DNA of 64,000 nucleotides. It comes from an uncultured Chloroflexia bacterium. GTDB taxonomy: Bacteria > Chloroflexota > Limnocylindria > Limnocylindrales > CSP1-4. Positions 1 to 8,739 of this stretch are shown piece after piece. The notes beneath the pieces were generated by a model. That model was not told the DNA's origin, made no database searches, and saw nothing but the letters and a program-made list of their open reading frames with translations. The number at the start of each line of letters is the position of its first letter. Within the stretch, counting starts at the first letter, position 1. The translations under genes were made by a program, and so were the position numbers. Location: contig CAWAMH010000007.1 in assembly GCA_963783135.1 (NCBI GenBank), positions 1,044,672 through 1,108,671 on the forward strand, in the 5' to 3' direction.

Positions 1-224
1 GGAGGGCCTCAGGGCTCGCCGCCGGGGCGTTCCATGTCCGGACCCAACCCGACCCTTCCGGACCCCACCGGTCGGCACGACGAGCGCCATCGGGCGGTGT
101 CCCGAGACACCACGAGGAGGTCGTCGGCCCTCGACACCCCCGGTACCGACGCCGACAATCGGCTGACCCGAAAGTACCGTCCGCGACGCCTGTCGGGAGC
201 CCCGTCGAGAAAGGTGAGCTGGGA

Positions 225-500
225 ATGACCATCGACGACCGACCGCCGGCCGGGCCGACCGCCCGGCCCGACGTGACCCTCCAGCGCGTGGGTCGCGAGG
301 CGATCCTCCACGACAGCCGGAACGGGCAGGCGCATGTCATCAACGGCACCGCCGCGCAGCTCTGGGAGCTGTGCGACGGGCGGCCGCACGATGAGCTCGT
401 CGCCGCCTTCGCCGCCGTCTACGGTCGCGAGCCGGAGACGGTCGCCGCCGACGTCGATCGGACACTCGCCGGGTTCGCCTCGCTGGGGCTGCTGGCTTGA
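225..500 (+). CDS. PqqD-family RiPP recognition element (RRE) / peptide chaperone
   Basis: 91 aa with the PqqD pattern (EAILHD...HVINGTAAQLWELCDG...YG...VAADVDRTLAGF..LGLL); AAGGTGAG upstream; stop overlaps next TTG start. Confidence 0.88.
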   Translation: MTIDDRPPAGPTARPDVTLQRVGREAILHDSRNGQAHVINGTAAQLWELCDGRPHDELVAAFAAVYGREPETVAADVDRTLAGFASLGLLA

Positions 501-1438
501 GTCCAGCCGGGGGGCAGGCCGAGGGTCCAGCGCCGAGCGACGGGGCGACCGCCGTCGCTCGCTACGACATCCACGGCGTCCAGCTCCTGGTCCGGTCCAA
601 CGACCCTGCAGTGCTTCGCCGGGTCCATGACACCTACGGCTGGTTCGCCGACACCGAGCGCCGGATGACCGGCCACGGCTCGCTGGCGACCGTGGAGGTC
701 GCCTTCGTGCGCGCCGCCGACGGCGGCGTCACGGTGATCGACGCGGAGGGCGAGGCCGTCCGGTGGGACGCGCGCGACGAGCCGCTCGTCGTCCTGTTCG
801 ACGCGATCGTGGCCGGAGTGATCGCCGCCCTGTCACGGATCGGCGTCCTCGCGATCCACGCGGGCGTGGTCGCCGACAACGGTCACGCGATCCTGGTGGC
901 CGGGCGGAGCGGGCGCGGCAAGACGACGCTGGTCCTCGGGCTGCTCCGGCGCGGACTCGACCTGCAGTCCGACGAACTGGCCCTGGTCGCCCAGGACGAC
1001 CGGACGATCCTCGCCTATCCTCGGGCCCTCCACATCCGGCCGGCGGCCCTCGACCTGTTCCCGGAGCTCGGCTTCCTGACCGCCGTCGAGCCGCACGAGC
1101 TCGGCGGTGGGAGCGAGTGGGCGGTCGGGCCGGCTGCCCTCCGACAGGCGTTCGATACCCGGCTCGTCGATGTGGCCCGGCTGTCCGCGGTGATCCTGCT
1201 CGATGGCGACCCCGTCGCGGACGCCGAGCCCGACCTCACGCCGGTCCGTCCGGCGATCGCGACGATGGAGCTCGTCCGCGGGACCCCGGCCGCCGCCTGG
1301 GAGTTCGACGCGGTGTTGTCCCGCCTGTCGCGCGTCGTCGGCGACATGCCGTGTGCGCGGATCCGGTCCGGACGCCTCGAGGACACGGTCGACGCGGTCC
1401 TGGCCTTCGCCGGCCAGACCGCCGGGGCCGCGCGATGA
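497..1438 (+). CDS. HPr kinase-related P-loop kinase (putative peptide kinase)
   Basis: IHAGVV...GRSGRGKTT Walker A followed by SDE.A motif typical of HprK-like kinases; coupled to both neighbours by overlapping stop/start. Confidence 0.8.
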   Translation: MSPAGGQAEGPAPSDGATAVARYDIHGVQLLVRSNDPAVLRRVHDTYGWFADTERRMTGHGSLATVEVAFVRAADGGVTVIDAEGEAVRWDARDEPLVVLFDAIVAGVIAALSRIGVLAIHAGVVADNGHAILVAGRSGRGKTTLVLGLLRRGLDLQSDELALVAQDDRTILAYPRALHIRPAALDLFPELGFLTAVEPHELGGGSEWAVGPAALRQAFDTRLVDVARLSAVILLDGDPVADAEPDLTPVRPAIATMELVRGTPAAAWEFDAVLSRLSRVVGDMPCARIRSGRLEDTVDAVLAFAGQTAGAAR

Positions 1439-2076
1439 CCGGCGTCGGTCCCTTCGGCGCGCCCGAGCGGGCCGGCCTCGAGGGCGAGGCACCCGCCGCC
1501 GACTCGCGGCGACTCGCGCGAGTGGCGTTGTTCGCGCGCTACCGGCGCGAGCGAACGGCCGCGTGGATCGAGGCGAGCGGACCGAGCATGCAGCCCACGA
1601 TCCACCCGGGCGATCGCCTCTTGGTCGCCTTCGGCCAGCGTCCCGAGCGGACGGGTCAGGTCATCCTGTGTGCGATCGACGGCGTGTTCGTCGCGCATCG
1701 GCTCGTGGCCCACCGGCTCGTCGCCGTCGGGGCGGACGCTCCCGTCGTCCGGCTCATCGCCAAGGGTGACGCGGAGGCACTGCCCGACCGGTCGATCGCC
1801 GTCGACGACGTCGTCGGCGTGATCCGGGCGATCCGGCGGAGCGACGGACGGATCGTGACCGCCGGACTCGACGACACCTCGGGCGCGATCGTCGCCCGCA
1901 TCTCGTGGTGGAGCGGCGCGGTGGCCCGTGTCGGTCGCCGGCTCACCCGCCATGCACCCGCGCGGACCGGGCGACCCGTGTCCACGACGCTACTCATCCT
2001 GTCCCGGGTCCCGACCCGGTTGATCACGGCACTCATGCCCTGGTTCGTCCAGGAGACTCGTGCGGAAGGGAGGTGA
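1435..2076 (+). CDS. S24/S26-family (signal peptidase I-like) peptidase, putative leader peptidase
   Basis: SGPSMQPTIHPGD (catalytic Ser box), VAHRL, KGDA; ATG at 1435 overlaps kinase stop (ATGA); no clear N-terminal TM helix. Confidence 0.78.
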   Translation: MTGVGPFGAPERAGLEGEAPAADSRRLARVALFARYRRERTAAWIEASGPSMQPTIHPGDRLLVAFGQRPERTGQVILCAIDGVFVAHRLVAHRLVAVGADAPVVRLIAKGDAEALPDRSIAVDDVVGVIRAIRRSDGRIVTAGLDDTSGAIVARISWWSGAVARVGRRLTRHAPARTGRPVSTTLLILSRVPTRLITALMPWFVQETRAEGR

Positions 2077-2082
2077 CCGGAT

Positions 2083-2184
2083 ATGGAATACGAGAGCCCC
2101 GAGATCATCGCCAGCTACGTCGAAGACGAGCTCGTGGAGGATGCCGCGGTCTGCACCCGCTACTGCGACTTCCAGATCAACTGA
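2083..2184 (+). CDS. Putative RiPP precursor peptide 1 (33 aa, MEYESPEIIASYVEDELVEDAAVCTRYCDFQIN)
   Basis: Translated by hand; GGAGGTGA RBS overlapping the peptidase stop; YxxP leader motif; paralog immediately downstream. Confidence 0.85.
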   Translation: MEYESPEIIASYVEDELVEDAAVCTRYCDFQIN

Positions 2185-2248
2185 TCCAGCGTGCCCATGA
2201 CCTGACCTGGCAGGCATCCAGGAATCCACTCGGAGGGAGGTGATACCT

Positions 2249-2359
2249 ATGGAGTACGAGAGCCCCGAGATCCTCGCCAGCTATGCTGAGGAGGAGCTCG
2301 TCGAGGATGCCGCGGTCTGCACCCGCTACTGCGACTTCCCGAACTTCTTGCACGGCTGA
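2249..2359 (+). CDS. Putative RiPP precursor peptide 2 (36 aa, MEYESPEILASYAEEELVEDAAVCTRYCDFPNFLHG)
   Basis: Translated by hand; GGAGGTGA RBS; near-identical to precursor 1 with several synonymous changes in this frame. Confidence 0.85.
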   Translation: MEYESPEILASYAEEELVEDAAVCTRYCDFPNFLHG

Positions 2360-2372
2360 CCGCCCACACCGT

Positions 2373-2420
2373 GATCCAGGGGCGGCCGGCGACACCCAGG
2401 TCCCGAGCCGCCCCTGGATC
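2373..2420 (+). terminator. Strong stem-loop downstream of precursor genes (mRNA stabiliser/attenuator)
   Basis: Perfect 14-bp inverted repeat GATCCAGGGGCGGC (2373-2386) / GCCGCCCCTGGATC (2407-2420); no U-tract. Confidence 0.55.
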
Positions 2421-2483
2421 CATCCCAGCGCTTCACCGATCGGACCCATCCCAGCGACCAGCGAGGACCGGCGCGCGCCTTCC

Positions 2484-3551
2484 ATGACCTACGCCATCGA
2501 GACCGAATCGCTCACGAAACGATTCCGGCCACTCCGGTCCTATCGCGACCTCGTCTCGCCGGCCCGCCGGGTCGAGCGGACCGCGGTCAGCGAGGTGAAC
2601 CTCCGGATCCCGCCCGGCCAGGTCTTCGGCCTGCTCGGCCAGAACGGCGCCGGTAAGACGACCCTCATCCGGATGCTCACCACCCTGCTCCTGCCGACGA
2701 CCGGGACGGCCCGGGTCGCGGGCTTCGATGTCGCCCAGGAACCGCACGCCGTGCGGGCCAAGATCGGCCTCGTGAGCGGCGACGAGCGCTCGTTCTACTG
2801 GCGCCTGACGGGCCGCCAGAACCTCGAGTTCTTCGCCGCTCTGCAGCACCTGCCGGCGGCGCTGACCCCCGGCCGGATCGCCGACCTCGCCGAGCGACTC
2901 GGGATCGCGGAGCACCTCGACCGGCCGTTCGGTCACCTGTCCACCGGTCAGCGCCAGAAGCTGGCGATCGCCCGCGGTCTGATGAGCGAGCCCGAGATCC
3001 TGTTCATGGATGAGCCGACCCGATCGCTCGATCCGATCTCGGCCGTGGCGATCCGCGAGTTCGTCGCCGAGCACATCGTCGGGGAGCTCGGCTCGAGCGT
3101 CGTCCTCGCGACCCACTCGATGCCCGAGGCGGAGGCGCTCTGCCGGAAGATCGCGTTCATCCAGGACGGCAGGATCGTGGCGGAGGGCTCCGTCGCCGAG
3201 CTGCGCCGGGCCATCGGCTATGGGATCCGCTGCGAGCTGCGTCTCGCACCGGGAGCCGGCACTGCGGGCGTCGACCTGGACCGCCTCCCGGGCGTGCTCG
3301 AAGTGCTGCCGGCCGCCGCCCCGATCGCCCCGTCGGCGAGCGAGCCGACCGAGCCAGGCCCGCTCGTCGTCCGGCTGACGCTGGCCGAGGAGGACGCCCT
3401 GGCCGGGATCCTGCGAGCACTCGTCGTGGCCGGCGCCGACGTCGTCGGTTGCGAGACCCGCGACCTGTCGCTCGAGGAGATCTACGTCCACACGCTCGCG
3501 GCGGGGGCGGCGGCCGCGCCTCGACTCGTCAGCCAGACGGTCGCTCGATGA
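2484..3551 (+). CDS. ABC transporter ATP-binding protein
   Basis: GQNGAGKTT Walker A, LSTGQRQK signature, ILFMDEPT Walker B, ATH switch; start placed at MTYAIETESL. Confidence 0.93.
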   Translation: MTYAIETESLTKRFRPLRSYRDLVSPARRVERTAVSEVNLRIPPGQVFGLLGQNGAGKTTLIRMLTTLLLPTTGTARVAGFDVAQEPHAVRAKIGLVSGDERSFYWRLTGRQNLEFFAALQHLPAALTPGRIADLAERLGIAEHLDRPFGHLSTGQRQKLAIARGLMSEPEILFMDEPTRSLDPISAVAIREFVAEHIVGELGSSVVLATHSMPEAEALCRKIAFIQDGRIVAEGSVAELRRAIGYGIRCELRLAPGAGTAGVDLDRLPGVLEVLPAAAPIAPSASEPTEPGPLVVRLTLAEEDALAGILRALVVAGADVVGCETRDLSLEEIYVHTLAAGAAAAPRLVSQTVAR

Positions 3552-4396
3552 CCGCCGCCACGGCCCGAAGCCCCCGCGGCGGCCTCGCGGTCGCGGCCCG
3601 CGTCCCGGTCGCGTTCTTCCGGCGCGATCGGATCATCGAGACCAGCTACCGGGCGGGGTTCGTCCTCCGGCTCGGGAGCAGCCTCGTCACCGTGCTGGTG
3701 TTCTTCTTCATCAGCCACGCCTTCGGGGCGGCGGTATCGACCCAGATCCAGACCAACGGCGCCGGCTACTTCGCGTTCGTGATCGTCGGCGTGGCCCTGT
3801 CCGAGTTCCTGTCGATGTCGGTCGGCGGGATCGGCGGCAGCCTGCGCGAGAGCCAGACGACCGGGACGCTGGAGCTCATGCTCCTCAGCCCGACGCGGCT
3901 GTCGGTGCTCATGACCTCCTCGGCGCTCTGGCTCCAGGTCTCGGCCGCGATCGGCGCGGTCACCTACCTCGTGGCCGGCGCCCTGCTCGGGGCGGACTTC
4001 TCACACGCCGATGTGTTCGCGACGGCCGGCGCCATGGTCGTCACGATGATCGGCTTCACCGGCATGGGCCTGCTCGCCGGCGCGGTGGTCATCGTGATCA
4101 AGCGCGGCAACCCGGTCGGCTGGCTGCTCCGCGGCGCGTCGGTGGTTCTCGGCGGTGTGTTCTACCCGACCGAGATCCTGCCGCCGCTGCTCCAGGCGCT
4201 CGGCCAGCTGCTGCCGATGACCCACGCCCTCGTGATCCTGCGGGGATCGATCTTCCTGGGCCTCGGCATCAACGACATGCTCCCCCAGTTCGTCGCGCTC
4301 GTCCTGACGAGCTTCTTCTACTACGGCCTCGGCCTGTTCGCCTGTGCGACCGCGATCCGCTACGCGCGGACCGACGGCAGCCTCGCGCAGTACTGA
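3548..4396 (+). CDS. ABC-2 type exporter permease
   Basis: Six hydrophobic segments, ESQTTGTLELMLLSP, GGVFYP..LP..LQ...LLPMTH; ATGA overlap with ATPase. Confidence 0.9.
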   Translation: MTAATARSPRGGLAVAARVPVAFFRRDRIIETSYRAGFVLRLGSSLVTVLVFFFISHAFGAAVSTQIQTNGAGYFAFVIVGVALSEFLSMSVGGIGGSLRESQTTGTLELMLLSPTRLSVLMTSSALWLQVSAAIGAVTYLVAGALLGADFSHADVFATAGAMVVTMIGFTGMGLLAGAVVIVIKRGNPVGWLLRGASVVLGGVFYPTEILPPLLQALGQLLPMTHALVILRGSIFLGLGINDMLPQFVALVLTSFFYYGLGLFACATAIRYARTDGSLAQY

Positions 4397-4407
4397 GGCC
4401 GGGCCCG

Positions 4408-5542
4408 ATGCGCCGCGTGGCGGACCTCGACCGCGAGACGCAGGCGATCTGCCTCGGGGCGCGGACCGTCGTCGACCCACCCGCGGCCGCCGCCCTGGGC
4501 GGGCTCGTCCGGGGCGGTCTCGACTGGGATCGGATGTGGGATCTCGGCCACCGCCACGACGTCCTGCCGCTGCTCGCCGAGACCCTGCCTCCGGCGGCCG
4601 CCGCGGCCGGTGGGGCCGTCCCGGGAGAATGGCTCGAACGGGCCACCCGGCGCCGGCACGTGACGCTGCTCAAGAACGCGCGGATGGCCGATGCCCTCCA
4701 GACCGTGCTCGCCAGGCTCGGCGAGGCGGACGTGCCGGCGATCCCGGTCAAGGGACTCGTCCTGGCCGAGAGCCTGTACGGGACGCTCGCGGCTCGCGGC
4801 GCGGCCGATCTCGACGTGCTCGTCCAGCCGGCGGACCTCGACGCCGCGCGCCGGGTCCTGGTCGAGGTCGGCTACCGTCAGCGGCCCGATCCCACGTTCA
4901 CCGCACTCGTCCACGAATTCCACGACCCGCCCGTGGTACGTCCCGGCCGGCAACGAGATGGTCCGGCTCGAACTCCATCGCGACCTGTGGGCGGACCGGT
5001 TCTTCCGGTCGGACGCGGAGGGGCTCTGGGCGCGCTCGGTCGAGGGCACGCTCCTTGGCCGGCCGACCCGGCTGCTGTCGTGGGAGGACACGCTCATCCA
5101 TCTCGCGATCCATCGCAGCCGGTCGCCGCTCCGGCTGCGCTGGGTGTGCGACATCGCCGAGCTGCTGCGACGCCATGGCGACGAGCTCGACTGGGACGCG
5201 GTCGCCGTCCGCGCCGAGCGCGTCGGGGCGCGGACCTCGACCTGGGTCGTCCTGTCGATGGCCGAGCGGTTCCTCGGCAGCGCACCGCCGGCCGGGACGC
5301 TCGAACGGTTCCGGATCGGGCGGGCGAAAGCGACGCTCCTCGAGCGGACGTGTGGCGGCGAGGCGACCTTCCGGGCCGCGCCGCCCGGCGACACCGACCA
5401 GACGCCGCATCTCACGCTGCGGGTCTTCGAGCAGGACGGCGCGGGTCAGATCGCCCGGGCGCTGGGCTCGAGCATCCGCCGGTCGACCCGCCGGATCCTC
5501 CACGAGGCCGGCATCCGCCGGGTCCGCCACGACCCGACCTGA
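4408..5542 (+). CDS. Nucleotidyltransferase family protein (NTP_transf_5-like), split by a +1 frameshift near 4930
   Basis: N-half VKGLVLAESLYG...R...DLDVLV in ORF 4408; C-half LELH...LIHLAIH...LRWVCDIAELL...LDWD in ORF ending 5542; removing one C in GACCCGCCCGTGG joins them. Confidence 0.82.
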
Positions 5543-5551
5543 GCTCCGGCC

Positions 5552-6610
5552 CTAGGCCTCCTCGCGCTCGACCGCGACACGCGTCGCCGGCGCGACCGTG
5601 GAGCTCGCCGTCGGGACATCGGAGACGTTCGGCACGAAGGACGCGGCGAGCGACGTCTCGGCCGCACGGCGCTGATCGTCGAGCGACAGGATCCCCAGCC
5701 GGCCGAGCGAGGTGAGCTCGTCGCGGATGTACGTCTTGAGCATCTCGGGACCGTCCGTGTTGATCGTGAACCGGATCCCGTTGCGCCGGAACTGGTCGAA
5801 GATCCAGCGGAACTCGTCCCAGCCCGACACGACCCGGGTGTTGAGGTTCGACGTCGGGCAGATCTCGAGGACGATGCCGCGGTCGGCGAGCATCGCCATC
5901 GCGCGCGGGTCGTAGGCCGCCTTGACCCCGTGGCCGATCCGGTCGGGCTCGAGCAGCTCGATGACCCGGGCGACCTCCTCGACCGGCCCGGCCTCGCCGG
6001 TGTGGACGGTCAGGCCCAGCCCGAACTGACGGGCCCGGCGGAACAGCCGCCGGTAGTCGGCGACGCGGAACGTGGCCGACTCGGGCCCGGCGATGTCGAT
6101 CCCGACGACGCCCCGGTCGCGCCAGGCGATCGCCTTCTCGACGAGGATCTCGTTGAGCTCGAACGGGAAGGCCCGGTCCAGGCAGAAGATCAGCCCGGGC
6201 TTGACCGGATACTCGAGGGTCGCCTTGTCCATCCCGCGCAGCGCGGCCGCGATGATGTGGTCGAGGTCCTGCTCGCCGCCCCGGTTCCGCTTCATCGGGT
6301 TGAACCGCAGCTCGGTCGTCGTGATGTTGTTCTTGCGATAGGCGCCGCCGATGACCTCGTAGACGGCGCGCTCGACGGCCAGCGGGCTCGACTGGATGAG
6401 CTCGGTCCAGTGGAACAGCTGGAGGTAGCCGTCGAAGCTCCGCGCCCGACGCGGCGAGACCGTGATCAGGTCGCGGAACTCCCAGTAGTCCTTCGTCGGG
6501 AGCTTGATGCCCTGGGCGTGGGCGATGCCCCACATGATCGCCGGGGTGACCGCGCCGCCGAGGTGACAGTGGAGGTCGGCGAGGGGGATCTTGCGCGAGA
6601 GCTGGGCCAT
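5552..6610 (-). CDS. add: Adenosine deaminase family protein
   Basis: DLHCHLGG, GIDIAGPE, TVHTGEAG, RIGHG, EICPTSN, INTDGP motifs. Confidence 0.88.
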   Translation of the reverse strand: MAQLSRKIPLADLHCHLGGAVTPAIMWGIAHAQGIKLPTKDYWEFRDLITVSPRRARSFDGYLQLFHWTELIQSSPLAVERAVYEVIGGAYRKNNITTTELRFNPMKRNRGGEQDLDHIIAAALRGMDKATLEYPVKPGLIFCLDRAFPFELNEILVEKAIAWRDRGVVGIDIAGPESATFRVADYRRLFRRARQFGLGLTVHTGEAGPVEEVARVIELLEPDRIGHGVKAAYDPRAMAMLADRGIVLEICPTSNLNTRVVSGWDEFRWIFDQFRRNGIRFTINTDGPEMLKTYIRDELTSLGRLGILSLDDQRRAAETSLAASFVPNVSDVPTASSTVAPATRVAVEREEA

Positions 6611-6641
6611 GGCCCCAGCATAGCGCCGGCGGGACCGACGC

Positions 6642-7712
6642 TCAGCCCGCCATCGCCCCCGGCACGATCCGGCCGTCGGAGTCGACGATCGCCCGGCGAC
6701 GGGCCGCCCGGAGCTCGGCGCCCGGGACCTGGTCGCGGGCGTGGTAGCTCGAGCGCACGAGCGGACCCGATTCGACGTGTCGGAACCCGAGCGCGAGGGC
6801 CTCGGCCTTCATCTCCGCGAACTCGTCCGGGTGGTAGTAGCGCTCGAGCGGCAGATGCGCGAGCGACGGCCGCAGGTACTGGCCGATCGTGAGGATGTCG
6901 ACATCGGCCGTCCGGAGCGCCGTGAACGCCTCGGTCAGCTCCGGGCGTGTCTCGCCGAGACCGACCATCAGGCTCGACTTGGTGTGGACCGGGTAGCCGA
7001 TGTCCTCGGCCATGGCCTTGGCCCGCTCGAGGACGTACAGGCTGCGCTCCCAGCGGGCGCGCTTGCGGACCGGCTTCTGAAGCCGGCGGACCGTCTCGAG
7101 GTTGTGGTTGAGGATGTCGGGTCGGGCGTCCATGACCGTCCGGAGCCGGTCGTCCGAGCCGTCGAAGTCCGGGATGAGGACCTCGATGCCCATCCCCGGA
7201 CAGGCCCCCCGAAGCCGGCCGATGGTCTCGGCGAAGATGCGCGACCCACCGTCCGGCAGGTCGTCGCGGGCCACGCTCGTGATGACGACGTGCTCGAGCC
7301 CCAGGGCGGCCACCGCTTCGGCGACGCGCCGTGGCTCGTCGTCATCGAACCAGGTCGGCCGGCCCGTCTTGACCGCGCAGAACCCGCACGCCCGGGTGCA
7401 GGTGTCGCCGAGGATCATGATCGTCGCGGTCCGCTGGTCCCAGCACTCGCCGATGTTCGGGCAGTGGGCCTCCTCGCAGACCGTGTTCAGGGACAGGCCC
7501 CGGAGCAGGCCCTTGAGCTCGTGGTAGTTGTCGCCGGACGGGATCCTCGCCCGGATCCAGTCGGGATGACGGCGGAGCGGGATCGAGCCATCGCTGGCCG
7601 GACCGATCGAACCGCCACCGAGCGCGATCGTGGCCGGCAGGGCGACGACGCCGTCGGCGGCTCCGTGCGCGTGGCCGGTGGGTGGGTCGAACATCGGGAG
7701 CTCGCGGGCCAT
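6642..7712 (-). CDS. lipA: Lipoyl synthase (radical SAM)
   Basis: CEEAHCPNIGEC, CTRACGFC and RSSYHA motifs; start at MARELP. Confidence 0.96.
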   Translation of the reverse strand: MARELPMFDPPTGHAHGAADGVVALPATIALGGGSIGPASDGSIPLRRHPDWIRARIPSGDNYHELKGLLRGLSLNTVCEEAHCPNIGECWDQRTATIMILGDTCTRACGFCAVKTGRPTWFDDDEPRRVAEAVAALGLEHVVITSVARDDLPDGGSRIFAETIGRLRGACPGMGIEVLIPDFDGSDDRLRTVMDARPDILNHNLETVRRLQKPVRKRARWERSLYVLERAKAMAEDIGYPVHTKSSLMVGLGETRPELTEAFTALRTADVDILTIGQYLRPSLAHLPLERYYHPDEFAEMKAEALALGFRHVESGPLVRSSYHARDQVPGAELRAARRRAIVDSDGRIVPGAMAG

Positions 7713-7737
7713 GGCTGGGAGTGTACGCGCGGCCGGA

Positions 7738-8709
7738 TCAGCCCGCGAGGAGCGTGTCCTGGAGTCCCGCCTCGAGCCCGCGCGGGTCGAACCCGAGGTC
7801 CCGCCCGGCCTTGGCGTGCGACGCCCAGTAGGTGACCCCATCACCCGCCTTGATCACCTCGCCGAGATCGGCCGGGATCCCGAACCGTCCGCCGAGCAGT
7901 CCGGACAGCGGCGCCATGATCCGCAGGAACGCCGTCGGCACCGTCAGCCGCGGCAGTGGTCGCTCACCGAGCCTGGCCGCGATCTCGAGGACCTCGATCG
8001 ACCGCGCCGGCTCTCCAGCCAGCACGTAGGACTCGCCGCTCCGTCCTCGATCGAGGGCGGCGATGATGCCACCGGCCAGGTCGTCGACGTGGACGAAGCA
8101 CGCCCCGACATCGGTCAGCGCAAGGGTCCGCAGCGTGCCCTTGAAGGCAGCCCCGAACTGGACACCGAGGGCGCTGTGGTCGCCCGGTCCGTAGACCTGA
8201 CCGGGCATGACGATGACGATCGGCGCACCGGCCTCGATCCGTGCCTCGGCGACGAGGTGGGCTCGGTATTTCGTGTCGTCGTACCAGCTCAGGAACCCGT
8301 CCCGACGATCTCGGCGATAGGTCTCGTCGACGACCGCGCCGTGGGTGTCGCCGAAGACTCCGACCGTCGACACGTCGACGATCCTGGGGACCGCGGCCAA
8401 GATCGCCGCATCGAGGGTCCTGGCCGTCGCACCGACGTTGGCGTCCTCCATCGCCGGACGCTCGTCCCGCCGGATCCCGATCCGATACATGCCCGCGGCA
8501 TGGATGATCGAGTCGCAGCCGGCCATGAACCCGGTCAGCTCGGCGGTGGAGGACAGGTCCGTCCGGACCAGCCGGCAGCCCAGCTCGCCCAGGGCGCGAG
8601 CTCGGTCGGGATCACGGACGGCCGCGATGACGTCGTCGCCGCGGGCACGGAGCGCGCGAACGACCGCCGAACCCACGAACCCGGCGCCGCCGGTGACGAA
8701 GACACGCAT
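7738..8709 (-). CDS. NAD-dependent epimerase/dehydratase (extended SDR)
   Basis: VTGGAGFVG Rossmann motif, YDDTK catalytic motif, VYGPGD. Confidence 0.88.
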   Translation of the reverse strand: MRVFVTGGAGFVGSAVVRALRARGDDVIAAVRDPDRARALGELGCRLVRTDLSSTAELTGFMAGCDSIIHAAGMYRIGIRRDERPAMEDANVGATARTLDAAILAAVPRIVDVSTVGVFGDTHGAVVDETYRRDRRDGFLSWYDDTKYRAHLVAEARIEAGAPIVIVMPGQVYGPGDHSALGVQFGAAFKGTLRTLALTDVGACFVHVDDLAGGIIAALDRGRSGESYVLAGEPARSIEVLEIAARLGERPLPRLTVPTAFLRIMAPLSGLLGGRFGIPADLGEVIKAGDGVTYWASHAKAGRDLGFDPRGLEAGLQDTLLAG

Positions 8710-8739
8710 AGGCGAGGGATCCGCGCCGCCAGGCGCCGG

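Noticed and set aside
1-228. 64-aa ORF or open frame ending at the PqqD start
   Set aside because: No recognisable motif. It could be the tail of an upstream gene or non-coding, and this cannot be decided at the window edge.
2060-2340. Direct repeat read as a CRISPR or non-coding repeat
   Set aside because: Only two copies, and the differences preserve a reading frame with an RBS, so it is a coding duplication.
2083-2359. Precursors as classical lasso peptides
   Set aside because: YxxP leader fits and an Asp could fall at position 7-9, but there is no Thr at -2 of such a core, and no lasso cyclase or B2 protease is visible.
6642-7712. Radical SAM gene near the RiPP cluster as its maturase
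   Set aside because: It has the lipoyl synthase auxiliary cluster and RSSY motifs, lies on the opposite strand and belongs with the dehydrogenase genes.
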